64,000 nucleotides of DNA, taken from Asterias amurensis. Its lineage: Eukaryota. Below are positions 50,398-62,364 of this stretch, in pieces. How positions within the stretch are numbered: the first letter of the stretch is position 1; each line of letters opens with the position of its first letter. The stretch covers positions 15,688,336-15,752,335 of the forward strand of contig NC_092652.1 of the NCBI RefSeq assembly GCF_032118995.1. The letters run 5' to 3'. The position numbers were made by a program, and so were the translations under genes. The notes under the pieces were generated by a model. That model did no database searches. It was not told the origin of the DNA and saw only the letters and a program-made list of their open reading frames with translations.

Positions 50398-51102
50398 CTT
50401 AAAAATAACAGATGAAAACGGAGTTAACTTTGCAACCATTTTCTTTTAAACGTCAAACAAAAAGACACTGTCAAAACAAGGTTTTCACTCGTCACCATTG
50501 CCATCGTTCATGCTTACACCACACAAGAAAGACAAGTCTCTGTTTAAAAATAAAGATTATGGCAACAGATAACTACAAAGTGTGATGCAAGTTGGTAACT
50601 TTTAAAAGCAACACTGAAAATAAATTATGGTTCTCCCTAATTCAGTGACACTTTCACTATTGACTTGAAATGCATCCGTTTTCAGTTTTGTCATTGTTGG
50701 GTGGTCGAAGGCACCATTGGGACGATTGATGCATGCCAGTGTAATGAGAGTCACCGGGGTGGCACGTGCGGCTAAGTGCTCGCCTCTCACTATTGACCCT
50801 GGATCGATTCCCAGCTATAGGGCCATGTGAGTAGAGTTGTGCAATGGTTCTTTTTTTCATGCAATAAGGAAGTTTCTCCAGGCCCTCCGGTTTTCCTCTA
50901 TCTTGAAAAGTTAAGCACTTCGATCTCTGGCTGTGCTCAATGTAAGGCTGCCTGAGACACATTCCATGCATGCAGCCCGAACACGTTGTAGCCGCGTCCT
51001 CAACAATTCAGCTTTCGCCAGCTGCAAGTAGGGATGATTAGCCTCCCAAATTAATATCACTATTGTTACTATTAATAATACTACTATGAATAAGTAACTT
51101 AC

Positions 51103-51321
51103 AGGAAATTCTTCGTCCATAAGATAAGCTCCGTGCCCAGCCTCCACTGCTTGGCGATACTCCCTGTGAGCTTTTTCCTTCTCCTTCACGACACCAACTA
51201 CATGTTTATCATTGATGAAAGCCTCAAATCCACAAACTGCCGCTGATTGGTCTAGTGGAAATACGTACTTGGCTTCCATGGTTTCGTCACTATTGTTACG
51301 ATACGACTGCAGGACCACTAC
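51103..51321 (-). CDS. PARP4: PARP4 exon, VIT domain (VVVLQSYRNNSDETMEAKYVFPLDQSAAVCGFEAFINDKHVVGVVKEKEKAHREYRQAVEAGHGAYLMDEEFP)
   Basis: near-identical to human VIVFQTYTNKSHVPIEAKYIFPLDDKAAVCGFEAFINGKHIVGEIKEKEEAQQEY...GHGAYLM; donor CCT|gtaagt. Confidence 0.93.
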
Positions 51322-51771
51322 CTGGTTGATTCAACATTGGAATGTCTTAGCTTGAAGACACTGGAAACTATTCGGAATTGTCAAAGACCAGTCTTCTCAC
51401 TAATGTCTCAACATAAACATAACAAACCTGTAAACACAATTTCCACAGATTTACATTAAACTTTACACCATTTGAAGATAATGATGGTAGAAAGCGAACC
51501 TTAAAATATAAGTTTCTGGATGAGGTGCTGTAGTTTTCGAGAAATGAGTAAAACAATGTCAAGAAAGCACGATTTTTCTCATGGTCATTGAGACGAAAAT
51601 TATTTTCATGACATTGTTTTTAGGGCAGTGTTTTTTGTGTTTGTTGTCCACAAAAAGTACCCAGACCCTTTAATATATAGACACCTAATAGTGTACAAAA
51701 AGTACCCAGACACCTAAACAGTTGATAACTATAATTAGTTGATACCTGAATGCTTATGAATACTACCTTAC

Positions 51772-51908
51772 CTCAGCCACTAGATCCAGTAGTTTTGCTC
51801 TGACGTGTACAGCTTGTAGGGTGATTGAGTCTGATGTTTCATTTTGACTGACGAGGCCAGCATCAACGCCTGCTATGGGATCCTTTGCACATTCTACATC
51901 ACTGAGAT
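51772..51908 (-). CDS. PARP4: PARP4 exon (DLSDVECAKDPIAGVDAGLVSQNETSDSITLQAVHVRAKLLDLVAE), start of VIT domain
   Basis: aligns to human ...VHIKGRIIDTVAQ; donor GAG|gtaagg. Confidence 0.8.
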
Positions 51909-52783
51909 CTGTTAGTTAAGGACGTTTATGTGTTAGTGTAACTGGTGAGAATTCAAACTTTGGTTCACCATACAGTGTAGTGCGGGCTGCTGTGAAAACA
52001 GCGAGCCCCCCCCCCCCCACCCTAGTCCGTGGTTGGACTCCTCCTTTGGAAATAGTCCAGTCGAGACACTAAATTGTGTCACTGGTGAAAGTTGATTTTG
52101 GTTGATAGCCCAATTCAGTAAATGTGTTTACCTGGGGTGCGTTCCACTCGCGCAAACGACTCGCAACCGAAGATATAGAATATAATTATTTAATTCTATA
52201 TCATATGGGCGGCGCCCTGAAATGAAGATGGCGCGCACCATACGTAGTTTTTTAAAACTTTGTTTTGCTGCAATAGTCCTCTTTTTGACATCATTGCATC
52301 AACTAATTAATTTTGTCATTCCAAATCTGCCTTATCCTCAACCGAGAATACAATGTAATTATGTTTGTGACAAAGAAATAATACCGTATGCTTGTCCGTC
52401 ATTTTAAAAACCACTCGCCAACACCTCCGAAGTATGTTCACCTAAAGTTGCCAACGTTCGCCAACAGTGGCAGCGAACAACTCGTTCCAATTGTTGGCGA
52501 ACGTGCGCAACTGTTGGCAACGTTTGCGCGAGTGGAACGCACCCCTTTATCCTAGAAGTCGCCATTTATGTGTGTTGTAAAGGCCGTTTCTCGTTAAAGA
52601 AAAAAATAAAAAGGTCATTATATACGTGTAATTTGACACCTAGCTTGAATCATAACCAAAAGTTATTGAAAACTGAGGTCTGTGTGCTCTGCGTGCTGGG
52701 AAAAAATTTGTGCAGCGAACTCGATCAACTCTCATGGATACGAGGTTGATAAGTAGACTTTTGTCTGATGTCTTACACATTAC

Positions 52784-52970
52784 CAATTGTTGTTGGAGCA
52801 CTACTTTGAACCTCCTCGACTTGTTTAAAGATGATCATCTCCTCCGGTCCTTCTGCAATCTGAGGAGTTTCACAGAGAGGTATCTCCACCTCAGTTTCTC
52901 CTGGCAGGGTGAACTCAACAAGGTAGCGCATACATTGCTGGATCGTCTCGTATACAACAAACTCATCATC
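52784..52970 (-). CDS. PARP4: PARP4 exon, end of catalytic domain (DDEFVVYETIQQCMRYLVEFTLPGETEVEIPL...SSAPTTI-)
   Basis: near-identical to human DDEFVVYKTNQVKMKYIIKFSMPGDQ; acceptor taactacag, donor G|gtaatg. Confidence 0.88.
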
Positions 52971-53768
52971 CTGTAGTTACGGTAAGATTAATTCGTACTC
53001 AAAGTTTTCAGCGCAGATGTCTGGAATGGTTTTATTATAGTGTCTGTGTGGAGTGTGTTGATACTGATGCAAAGACATGTTACGCAGATTTTGAACACTT
53101 GGTTTGGTTGTGTTTTTTCAATCAGCCTTTAACTACAGGAAATCTCCGACAAAAAAAAAACGGGCCAGAAACAAACATCCTTTTCATCTGACAACTAACA
53201 CCTGTTATCTCCATGTAAATCCTTTTCCCAGACAGTGGACTTAACCGGGTCTTGTACAAACCAGCAGGGCTGCTGACTGCCCCAGCAGGCAGATTGAGTT
53301 ACCGATTTAATTTTATTTTAACACACCCACTGTAGGAAATGATCCCCGATGCAACTTTAACGTCTCTTATGATGTATAGTTTCCAAGTTTTCAGGCAAAA
53401 CTTGGAAAATCTTTATGTCATTGAAAAACCTGACAACTGACACCCCATCCCCTGGCCCACTTGTTTGCATTGATCCAGTCTAGGATATCAATGACGATCG
53501 TCATCCTCTGTGCATTGTAACTGGGAAACACAATGAAATACTCAACTTGGAGGTTGGGACAACTGATTCGTGTAAAAGAGAATTAACATTTTGGTATTTA
53601 ATTGCTGTGTTAATAAATAAAAATGTGGATTTTTGTTGGGGTAGGATTATGGAATAATGTTCAACCATCATGATCACATTTTATCACAATATTATAACAT
53701 AGCGTTTGTCAACCAAAAGTGTATGTGCGCATGCGTGCATGCATATTCATCGAAGGGCTAAAATGTAC

Positions 53769-53958
53769 CTCAAACTCGGACTCTATTGGGTGTGCAGAAC
53801 GACTGCTGACCCCATGGGTACTATGGTGCCCCTCTGGTGCCTGATTGAGAGTCATATCAAACTTGTACAGCTCCTTGACGTTTCCCAAGGCAACCTTGTT
53901 GATAACCATTAGTCTGGTACAGGCTTGCTGACTAGGTGGTGAGTATTGGTGAACCGTA
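53769..53958 (-). CDS. PARP4: PARP4 exon, PARP catalytic (STVHQYSPPSQQACTRLMVINKVALGN...GHHSTHGVSSRSAHPIESEFE)
   Basis: LGEVALG-like motif; aligns to human ...FDSVHGVSQTASVTTDFE; verified against ORF 53709..53909. Confidence 0.88.
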
Positions 53959-54781
53959 CTGCAATATGGAAGATGACAATGGAGTTTTACATGTCCAAAT
54001 CAATGGACAATATGTGACACAAATGATACAGGTTTAAACTAACTTCCTTGCACCCTTTTTCAGGGAGGCAATTAGACCCTGAGACTATTTAAAAGGTCCT
54101 ACCGCGGCTTATCTTGATCGTTAAAAATGTAGTGTTTTGTGATGAAAAAATTCAAATCAAAAGAGCCGCTCCGTTTTCCACCTGGACCAGTTTCATATTG
54201 CTTAGCTTACTGTATAAAGAAAATAGAAAATTAATCTGGGATTCCTCCCGGGGTAGAGGGATTCCTGTTTCAAACTAAGATCCTAGTTTAGGTCATTAGG
54301 AAGAACCCGGATTCCTGGCGGGAAAATTCACAGCCGGGATCCCGGTGGTAATTTTTAATTAGATTTTTGTTAGTGGGAATTTTTGTTAAGAATTTGTTTT
54401 CCTTTGTAATGTTTCTTTTCATAGAATGTGGACTTACTATAGCTTGTTCATCAAAAGCTGTTGATCCTCTGGAGCTATATAATGCTTTGAAATAAATGAT
54501 GTTGAAATATTGAATTCTAAAGGTTGTATTGAAATATCAGTACAAAGTTAAGTGATACAAAGATCATAGAATCCAACAATATAGGCCTTTACACTTACTT
54601 CGAATAAACATTCCTTTTCTATTTATTTTTTTGGTAAGACCCTGCGTTTTTACAAGTTCCATACAGTAAACATAATATGAAAACAAACCTACATGTACCT
54701 TAACAAAGCCAGCTCTTTATGGGTTTTAAGTTAGCAAAAACCAAAATATGCAAATAAAGAAGGCTCACATACAAGTCCTAC

Positions 54782-54880
54782 CTTACTCTGTCGGCAAAAT
54801 AAATGCCTTGACCAAGGAGACCGGCATCTCGACGAGAACCACCGTACTCTTCAACAACAATCTTCGGTAACAACAAACCC
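54782..54880 (-). CDS. PARP4: PARP4 exon, PARP catalytic (RGLLLPKIVVEEYGGSRRDAGLLGQGIYFADRV-)
   Basis: GxGIYFAD motif (PARP1 GKGIYFADMVS); donor AG|gtagga chosen for phase. Confidence 0.85.
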
Positions 54881-55553
54881 CTGGAAGTATAAGACAAGCA
54901 TGGAAATGGTGTCACTGTGTCCCATGACATAACAAAACCTCATTAATTAACTTCCAATAGGCAGACAAAACTATTGTTACATGGCAATCAATTAATCAAT
55001 CAATCATTACTGGAATCACTAGTCATCTTTAAAACAAAGGTACAACATACGCATACATTGCACGATGCCTTAAAATAAATAAAACTATGAAAATCCCATC
55101 TGTAAAGTAATATTTCAATCACAATTTGTGTTGAATTTGTGACATTAAGCAGCCAGGGATACAAACAAATTAGCAACGTCAAGAACCAATACTACAGGCC
55201 TCGGTGTAGCCAGGATTTGTTCACCAAAGGTGTCATAAAACGGGGGCATAGTTGTTTTCCAGCGGAGAGAACAATGTCATGATTTTTCTTCTTATTTGAG
55301 GGTACCATTATGCAAATGTCTGATTCTGTGCTGCACGTGGAGACTGGACAATGATAGACCAGTCAACATCGCGCGTATTCGAACATTGCGTGAGTTTGTT
55401 TCTCCTTACATCTGAAAGCAATGATGAAATACACAAAAGACTTGCCCTTTGATTAGGGAGTCAGTGCATAATCCATTCCCAAATACGCTCCACCCTATCA
55501 CACTACCCCACTATGTCTGACAATTCTGTCGATAGCTATTACTTGACATTTAC

Positions 55554-55691
55554 CTTGCGAGAATTCCAAGGAAAGTGGCTGGTCTTGATCCGTGGAGGAG
55601 GAGTTGGTTGTTACCGATGGTCCCGTCAAATGATGCCTCTTCAATCCCTCGAGTGGCGGCAAATATTCTCTTAATATCAAGAGGTTCCTCA
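55554..55691 (-). CDS. PARP4: PARP4 exon, PARP catalytic domain (EEPLDIKRIFAATRGIEEASFDGTIGNNQLLLHGSRPATFLGILA-)
   Basis: H-G-S catalytic motif; aligns to human/PARP1 [23 protein letters not shown]; donor AAG|gtaaat. Confidence 0.9.
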
Positions 55692-55999
55692 CTGCAAACC
55701 AAATACGGACCACAGCCTTAAAGACACTGGACATAATTGGTAACTGTCAAAGAACAGTCTTCTCACTTGGTTTATCTCAACATATGCATAAAATAACAGA
55801 CCTGTGAAAATTCGAACTCAATCGGTCTTCGGAGTTGGGAGATAATAATGAAAGAAAAAAACACCCTTGTCCCACGAAGTTGTGTGCTTTCAGATGCTTG
55901 ATTTCGAGACCTCAAAATCTAATACTGAGGTCTCGAAACTACATTACTTCAAATGGAGCCGTTTCTCACAATGTTTACAGCTCTCCATAAGCCGAAGTC

Positions 56000-56190
56000 T
56001 CAGCTTCCGATGGGATCTTACCGGGATAGGGAAATCTCAGCTTCCGATGGGATCTTACCGGGATAGGGAAATCTCAGCTTCCGATGGGATCTTACCGGGA
56101 TAGGGAAATCTCAGCTTCCGATGGGTTCTTACCGGGATAGGGAAATCTAAGCTTCCGATGGGATCTTACCGGGATAGGGAAATCTCAGAA
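56000..56190. repeat. Tandem 41-bp repeat x ~4.5 (ccgatgggatcttaccgggatagggaaatctcagcttc)
   Basis: direct tandem copies. Confidence 0.9.
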
Positions 56191-56624
56191 TTATTCCGGT
56201 TTCTTACCGAGATCCAAGGTGAGTTTATTCGGAAGAACCGGGATTCAAGGCGGAATAATTCTCAACCGGGATCCCGGTGGGATTTTATGGTAAGAATTTT
56301 TAGTGAAAGTTTTTGACTTGTTAATAATTTGTTTTTCATTTGAACTATTTCTTTCTATAGAATTGGGACTTATAATCTTGTTCATCATAAGTAACATAAT
56401 AGAATCCTATCAAGCTAACCGCTGATATCACAATGACTAGAATAAGTATTGTCTTCTAGTTACTGAATCACAATTTCTTGATTTGTGTTATTCATAACCA
56501 TAGACGTTAAACCAATGTTTGAATGAGAGAGACTGGCTGTTGCCAGCTTGGTGTTTATATCCCTTTGTTGGAGTTTACTGAGATCACTTGCTTTGTAGAT
56601 CATTCAAACAAACAAAAAAACAAA

Positions 56625-56726
56625 CAAACACACAGACAGACAGACAGACAGGCAGACAGACAGACAGACAGACAGACAGACAGGCAATCAGACAGACAGA
56701 CAGACTGACAGACTGACAGACAGACT

Positions 56727-56761
<35 letters not shown>

Positions 56762-56885
56762 TGACAGACAGACAGACTGACCGACAGACAGACTGACAGA
56801 CAGACGGACAGACAGATTGACAGACAGACTGACAGACTGACAGACTGACAGACTGACAGACTAACAGACTGACAGACTGACAGAC
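56625..56885. repeat. Compound microsatellite (gaca)n/(gactgaca)n
   Basis: cagacagacagacag...gactgacagactgaca; ORFs 56523..56708 and 56688..56906 are artefacts. Confidence 0.95.
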
Positions 56886-56996
56886 TGACAAACTAAAAGC
56901 GCACACATCGAAGAGGCCTGATTCATGATCACCTCATGGGCGATTTCAATACAAATTTCCCATCATTCTTATCCCAAAACAAGGGAGCATGCCTAC

Positions 56997-57157
56997 CTTG
57001 ATTTCGTTTCCATTAAGAAAGCTTTTATCTTCACGAACTCTGGATGATTTGGAGGTAGGTAGCTAATGAAACACTGTATGGCGTGATACCTTGCTTGGCT
57101 ACTACTGCGTTGGGACCAGTCGGTTGACTCACTTACATTCACTATATCTTTGATTAA
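56997..57157 (-). CDS. PARP4: PARP4 exon (LIKDIVNVSESTDWSQRSSSQARYHAIQCFISYLPPNHPEFVKIKAFLMETKS-)
   Basis: aligns to human LIRDMVNVCETNLSKPNPPSLAKYRALRCKIEHVEQNTEEFLRVRKEVLQ; donor AG|gtaggc. Confidence 0.85.
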
Positions 57158-57546
57158 CTGTAATACAAGGAAATAATTAAAGCATAACAATGCTCGAAGC
57201 TTATATATGTGTTATAAACTGTTACTTTATTTGATACTCTTATTGAGAGGGAAACGTGACGTCATCGGACATTAACATTTATTGCTTTGTACAAGAACAA
57301 TGAAAACTTGCACTTTTCAAAAGCCTAAGGTGCGGTCCATGCCATTTTGATTGATTCTCATTCAAATTCGAAAATGAAGTACATGATCCGTTCAAACTGG
57401 CGAAAGAGTGGATTAAAAAAAATGAATTTGACCTAACAGCCCCTTTTGCAAAGCCAACATAATGCACGATTCCCAGCCAGATTTATGCAGATTCAATCCT
57501 GAGGGAGTTTTGAACATTTCACCATATACACGATTTCAACACTTAC

Positions 57547-57735
57547 CTGGCACAGCTCTTGTTTGGTGGCGATTATTCGTTTGTGACTTATAAAATCTTG
57601 ATATCGTGGCCTATAAGGTATTAATTCATAGAACTCCCTGTTGAGATTGAATAGTTTTTCTTCATTATCATCCTCCTCCGAATTCTTTTCGAGATTCTTC
57701 CTGATCTGCAATAGTACACCTTCTGCTTTTTCAAC
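57547..57735 (-). CDS. PARP4: PARP4 exon, PARP regulatory helical domain (VEKAEGVLLQIRKNLEKN...NREFYELIPYRPRYQDFISHKRIIATKQELCQ)
   Basis: FY-x-LIP motif; aligns to human VSKAEGILLLVKAALKNG...MTEFYRLIPHKGT...ADLCQ; donor CAG|gtaagt. Confidence 0.88.
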
Positions 57736-57774
57736 CTACATTAATTGAGTTAAAGGGAAGTTTTTTGTTTATGT

Positions 57775-58160
57775 TTGGTAATCATTCTTAAAGCCATTGG
57801 ACACTTTCAGTAAACAATATTGTCCAAGGCTCACACTTCGTGTACCACAACTTATATATAAAATAACAAACCTGTGAAAATTTAGGCTCAATCGGTCATC
57901 GGAGTCGGGAGAAAATAACGGGAAAACCCACCCTTGTTTCCCCACGTTTCGCCGTGTCATGACATGTGTTTAAAATAAATCCGTAATTCTCGCTATCGAG
58001 AATTGATAATGTTTTAAAGTTTTCTCCAAAAGTAAAGCATTTCATGGAATAATATTTCAAGATAAGTCTTTCATTATTACCTTCTGTAAAACCTTTAAAT
58101 TATTTGTAAATTTGTGAACTTTTTTCTTTGTTTCTGTACCGAAAGTGTATAATGGCTTTA
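57775..58160 (-). mobile_element. MITE sub-family A' copy
   Basis: aaagccattggacactttcag ... ccgaaagtgtataatggcttta. Confidence 0.8.
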
Positions 58161-58548
58161 AAGGCAGTGGACACTACTGGTAATTACTCAAAATAATTAT
58201 CAGCAAACAACCTCACTTTAACGAGTTATGGGGAGAGGTTGGTAGTATAAAACATTGCGAGAAACGGCTCCCTCATATAAAAGTGACGTAGTTTTTGAAA
58301 GAGAAAATTTTCCACAAATTTGATTTCGAGACCTCATGTTTAGAATTTGAGAGATCGAAATCAAGCATCTGAAAGCACACAATTTCATGCGACAGGGCTG
58401 TTTTTTCTTTCTTTCATAGTTATCTCGCAACTCCGACGACCAATCAAGCTCAAATTTTTACATGTTTGTTATTTTATGCATATGTTGAGACACACCAACT
58501 GTGAAGGCTAGTCTTGGACATTTACCAATAGTGTCCAGTGTCTTTAAA
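58160..58548 (+). mobile_element. MITE family A copy abutting a family A' copy
   Basis: aaaggcagtggacactactggtaat ... accaatagtgtccagtgtctttaaa. Confidence 0.9.
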
Positions 58549-59032
58549 ATGAATTTGGCCTTTGCTTGGATAGAAGCCTACAACAGCGTTTGATGTTACA
58601 AAACATTTTGAGAAACATTTCACTTCTAAGCAATGCGGTTACGAATGAGACCGTTTCAGATTGTGTATTCCTATTTTGTTACAGTGATGATTCTTCCTGC
58701 ATGAACATTATTCACTTTTTTTTGGGGGGGGGGGGGGGGGGGCGATATCTCAAAAAACCGACCAAGGTATCGACTATAAGGGAAGACATTTGGAATGTCT
58801 TTTGAGCATCTGGGTTTCATGCAGATGTATATCTTCTAAGGAGCCAAAGTACATGAAATGTCATTTTAAGTTTGCCTCCCTGATACCTTTTTGTTTTGGG
58901 TCGACCGAGAATCACTCTTTATCTCTTTATAGTTCGCGCGACTCTGAAGGGGCCTATCGTAACCGGGGTGTTAGAAACATTTTTGGTAAAGCAAAAACTC
59001 ACTCTTCCGAGTCCAATTTTCCTGTACGAAAC

Positions 59033-59143
59033 CTTAAGCAACTCCTGCAGCTCACCAATGGTCTCCCGCCAGACGTACTCCATGAGGCGAGCAACTTCAT
59101 CTGAGATTGCAGGGCCATCTCGAAGACCGGACTCCAAAGCTTG
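59033..59143 (-). CDS. PARP4: PARP4 exon (QALESGLRDGPAISDEVARLMEYVWRETIGELQELLK)
   Basis: aligns to human QALLLEEVMNSSTLSQEVSDLVEMIWAEALGHLEHMLLK; verified against ORF 58919..59137 (TTG start artefact). Confidence 0.8.
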
Positions 59144-59272
59144 CTAAATGGTAAATAGTTTGAACAATTGATTAAACAAGAGCAACTATGAGGCCTATTT
59201 TTGTGGACAAGTTTACCCGACTATATTTTTTGTAAACCCTGCCTTTGCTGACAAAATCATAAGCCCGACTTA

Positions 59273-59649
59273 AAGACAGTGGACACTATTGGTAATTGTC
59301 AAAGACTAGTCTTCTCACTTGGTGTATCTCAACATCTGCATGAAATAACAAACCTGTGAAAATTTGAGCTCAGTTGGTCGTCGAAGTTGCGAGATAATAA
59401 TGAAAGAAAAACACCCTTGTCACACGAAGTTGTGTGCGCTTAGATGGTTGATTTTGAGACATCAAAATCTAATTCTGAGGTCTCGAAATCTAATTCGTGG
59501 AAAATTACTTCTTTCTCGAAAACTGTGTCACTTCAGAGGGAGCTGTTTCTCACAACATTTTTTACTATCAGCCTCTCCACATTACTCGTAATCAAGTAAG
59601 GTTTTATGCTAATAATTATAGTAATTACCAATAGTGTCCACTGCCTTTA
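59273..59649 (+). mobile_element. MITE family A copy in a PARP4 intron
   Basis: aaagacagtggacactattggtaattgtc ... accaatagtgtccactgcc. Confidence 0.9.
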
Positions 59650-59869
59650 TCATAAACAAATAATATGAAACCCAATGGGTTCTTAAGATATTACAAAACA
59701 TTTTTTTTTTACGCAACTGTAAGAAACACCAGGGCAAACGGATGATGTTTTTGCTTGATATTGCAGTTTTTTGTTGTTCATTGAATTACACATAGTGAAG
59801 CGGACCTACAAGCTCAATGTCCAACCCGGGCAACATAATGGCATATTCATAAATACCTCAGACAGTGTC

Positions 59870-60290
59870 GCTATTCCTATTGGTGGCGAGCGCGTCACGT
59901 GGGTGTCTATAAACCTTTGTTTATGACCAGTAAAAAGTGTTGAAACATGGGCGTGACACGCGAGCTTGCACCTGTTCTTATAAGACGGTTTCTTCATTCC
60001 TATATTGGTCGAGAGCAACGGCAGAAACAGTTGTGCCATATCACGCGATACGCGCGACGCCCACAGCATTCCCTTATAAGGAGTTGTTTACCCGAGGGCG
60101 GCGGAGGGCCTTACCATTTCAGAGCTGGAGGGGTGTTGTGTTGAAAGAAATCATTGAACAATATAATTTTTGCATTTATTTTACTTTTTGACCAAAAAGT
60201 GTTGATGTTTTTGACCGAAATAGTATTTATGAATGGGAATCAAAGTGTGTTGAATCGGTTTTCAACTAGTTGTTTAAATTAACTGTATGG
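59870..60290. repeat. Composite ~400 bp repeat (CG-rich ~250-bp unit with internal inverted repeats gcgcgtcacgtg/cacgcgatacgcgcg, followed by a ttgaaaac...tttgacc module); a second direct copy at 61900-62160
   Basis: the two copies are ~90% identical over ~250 bp; the trailing module is also found (inverted) at 18060-18290; ORFs 59937..60191 and 61965..62150 are artefacts. Confidence 0.75.
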
Positions 60291-61241
60291 GCTAGTACCT
60301 ACGTTATGTCATAGCTGGTACCATCATTTTGGTAAAATAACTAGCAAATATTTTGGTATTTGGCATATTAATAGAATATGAACAACCATAGCTACTTTGA
60401 TGCATGTGTACAAGAGTTTTCCATTCCGGCTTGGTTTCAAGAGTTGACTCAACTATTTCACACTACCAAACCACGACTTTTCACACTACAAACATAACAT
60501 GCGCTGAATGCTGTTTGTACTCTTCGTTGAATGTAACACAAAGTTTACAAAGAACAAAATTAAATATCAAGTAGTTAACATCAAAGGGTAACTGACTGGG
60601 TAAGTTTCAAATAGTTTGGGTTCGAATAAAAGAAAAATGACTGGAGCGGGACTTGAACCAAAAACCTCCGGATCAACGAACCGGCGCTCTACCAAGTACG
60701 CTATCCAGCCCTGTGTTGGCGGTCTCCTTTTTTGAGACAAAATGGTAATACAGCTTCTGACTGGCACACACAAACAGAGATTTTGACTAAAGGAGACAAC
60801 ACAGGGGGCTGGACAGCTCAGTTGGTACAGCGCAACTACGTTCATATTATGGAGATTGTTGGTTCAAGTCCTGCTCCGGGCAATTTTTCTTTGTTTAAAC
60901 CCTAACTATAAAAATAACTTATAATACTCTTTTGTTCTTTTTGCAGATTCTTTTGCAATTTTTGCTGGTATTTGTGTTGTAACTCATCGAAAAGCATAGT
61001 TATAGTTAAAGAGAACCTTGTTAACATTATGTCTTTACATTTTGACAATGAACTGCAAAAACCCCAGCGTTAAATTGCTTCTCTTGGTATCCAAGAGACA
61101 ACAACCACACAGTGTTAATTTCACCAACAAAAAGTTAACTAACACCATGTCAGTGTTGTCACATAACAAGAGTTTGATCATTTTGCAGTGTGGGGAAAGA
61201 CAATTTCAAAAAGTTCATTAAAAAGACCAGAAGGTTTTTAC

Positions 61242-61391
61242 ATTGCGATAGACTTGTGATCCAACCCATCGAGACAGGAATTTCTTTGTTTTGTGAAACT
61301 TGGAGAAGGTAGAGTAAATCTTGGCGTAAATTGCGAGGGCTTCATCGATGGACTCCGCATAGTGGCACTTTTTGGTGCCGCAATTCTCATC
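61242..61391 (-). CDS. PARP4: PARP4 exon (DENCGTKKCHYAESIDEALAIYAKIYSTFSKFHKTKKFLSRWVGSQVYRN)
   Basis: aligns to human QFAIKKTSEDASEYFENYIEELKKQGFLLREHF; acceptor cattgccag, donor AAT|gtaaaa. Confidence 0.65.
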
Positions 61392-62202
61392 CTGGCAATG
61401 ACAAAAAAAAAGTTTATTATTATACATAATAATATAAAGAATAAAAAGAAAAATATCAACCAGGGAATATAAGTATTTTTTACAAGAAACTGACTTTGTA
61501 ACATTTGATAGTTGGGTGCATTCAAGATCAGGTGTACTGTACTCCTTTGTAGATGACAATCAACAACAATACCTTGTTTGTTTACGGATATTCAGGTCAA
61601 ACCTTGAACCGATAACCGGGGGCACTGAACGCCTTTAAAAAACAACTTGACATCTTCAATTCGTACCAGCACAAACCACAAATGTCACTAATGTTTCAAA
61701 GGAGTACAGAGCCCCGGTTACTGGTTCTAGGTCATTGACCTAGGACGGAGATTCAAACCAACCGTTTGAAGTTATAAGTACTGATTTCCTTCCCTTGGAC
61801 ACCGGTCACCGTTGCGTATAGAACTACTGTTTTGCAAAAGCATTTATTAGTATTTGTGTGATGAATCATGATATGCAACATTTATTTTATATTCATAAAG
61901 TGGAGAGCGCGTCACGTGGGTGTGCATAAACCTTTTGTTAATGACCGGTAAAAAGTGTTAATTCATGGACGTGACACGCGACCTTGCACCTGTTCTTATA
62001 AGACAGTTTCTTAATTCCTATTGTTCGAGAGCAACGGCTGAAAACGTAATTGTGCCACATCACGCGATACGCGCGACCCCATTCCCTTATAAGGAGTTGT
62101 TTACGCGAGGAATTAAACCACTAGTTGAAAACCTCTTCACCAGACATTGATTCCCTTACTAAAAACGCACTTGTAAAGTTTTAGAGCGTCTTGAACACAG
62201 AC

Positions 62203-62364
62203 CTTCATTTCCGATAGCATCCCTGTATGGGTGAAGACCCTACACGGATATTTGGACCACGCATCATTTCCCTCGTCGTCTCCCAGAGTCTTCTCGGGCT
62301 GGACGACATGGAGCTCCAGTAACCTAAATTGAACGTCCTCGTCCGGCTCAGGTTGTGCTGGATC
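62203..62364 (-). CDS. PARP4: PARP4 exon (DPAQPEPDEDVQFRLLELHVVQPEKTLGDDEGNDAWSKYPCRVFTHTGMLSEMK)
   Basis: acceptor catttttaag, donor AAG|gtctgt; aligns to human ...VVVELQCSRDSRDCPFLISSHFLLDDGMETRR; verified against ORF 62137..62472. Confidence 0.7.

Noticed and set aside
59937-62150. ORFs MGVTRELAPVLIRRFLHSY... and MDVTRDLAPVLIRQFLNSY...
   Set aside because: They are two diverged copies of the same CG-rich dispersed repeat unit; their frames are not conserved between copies.
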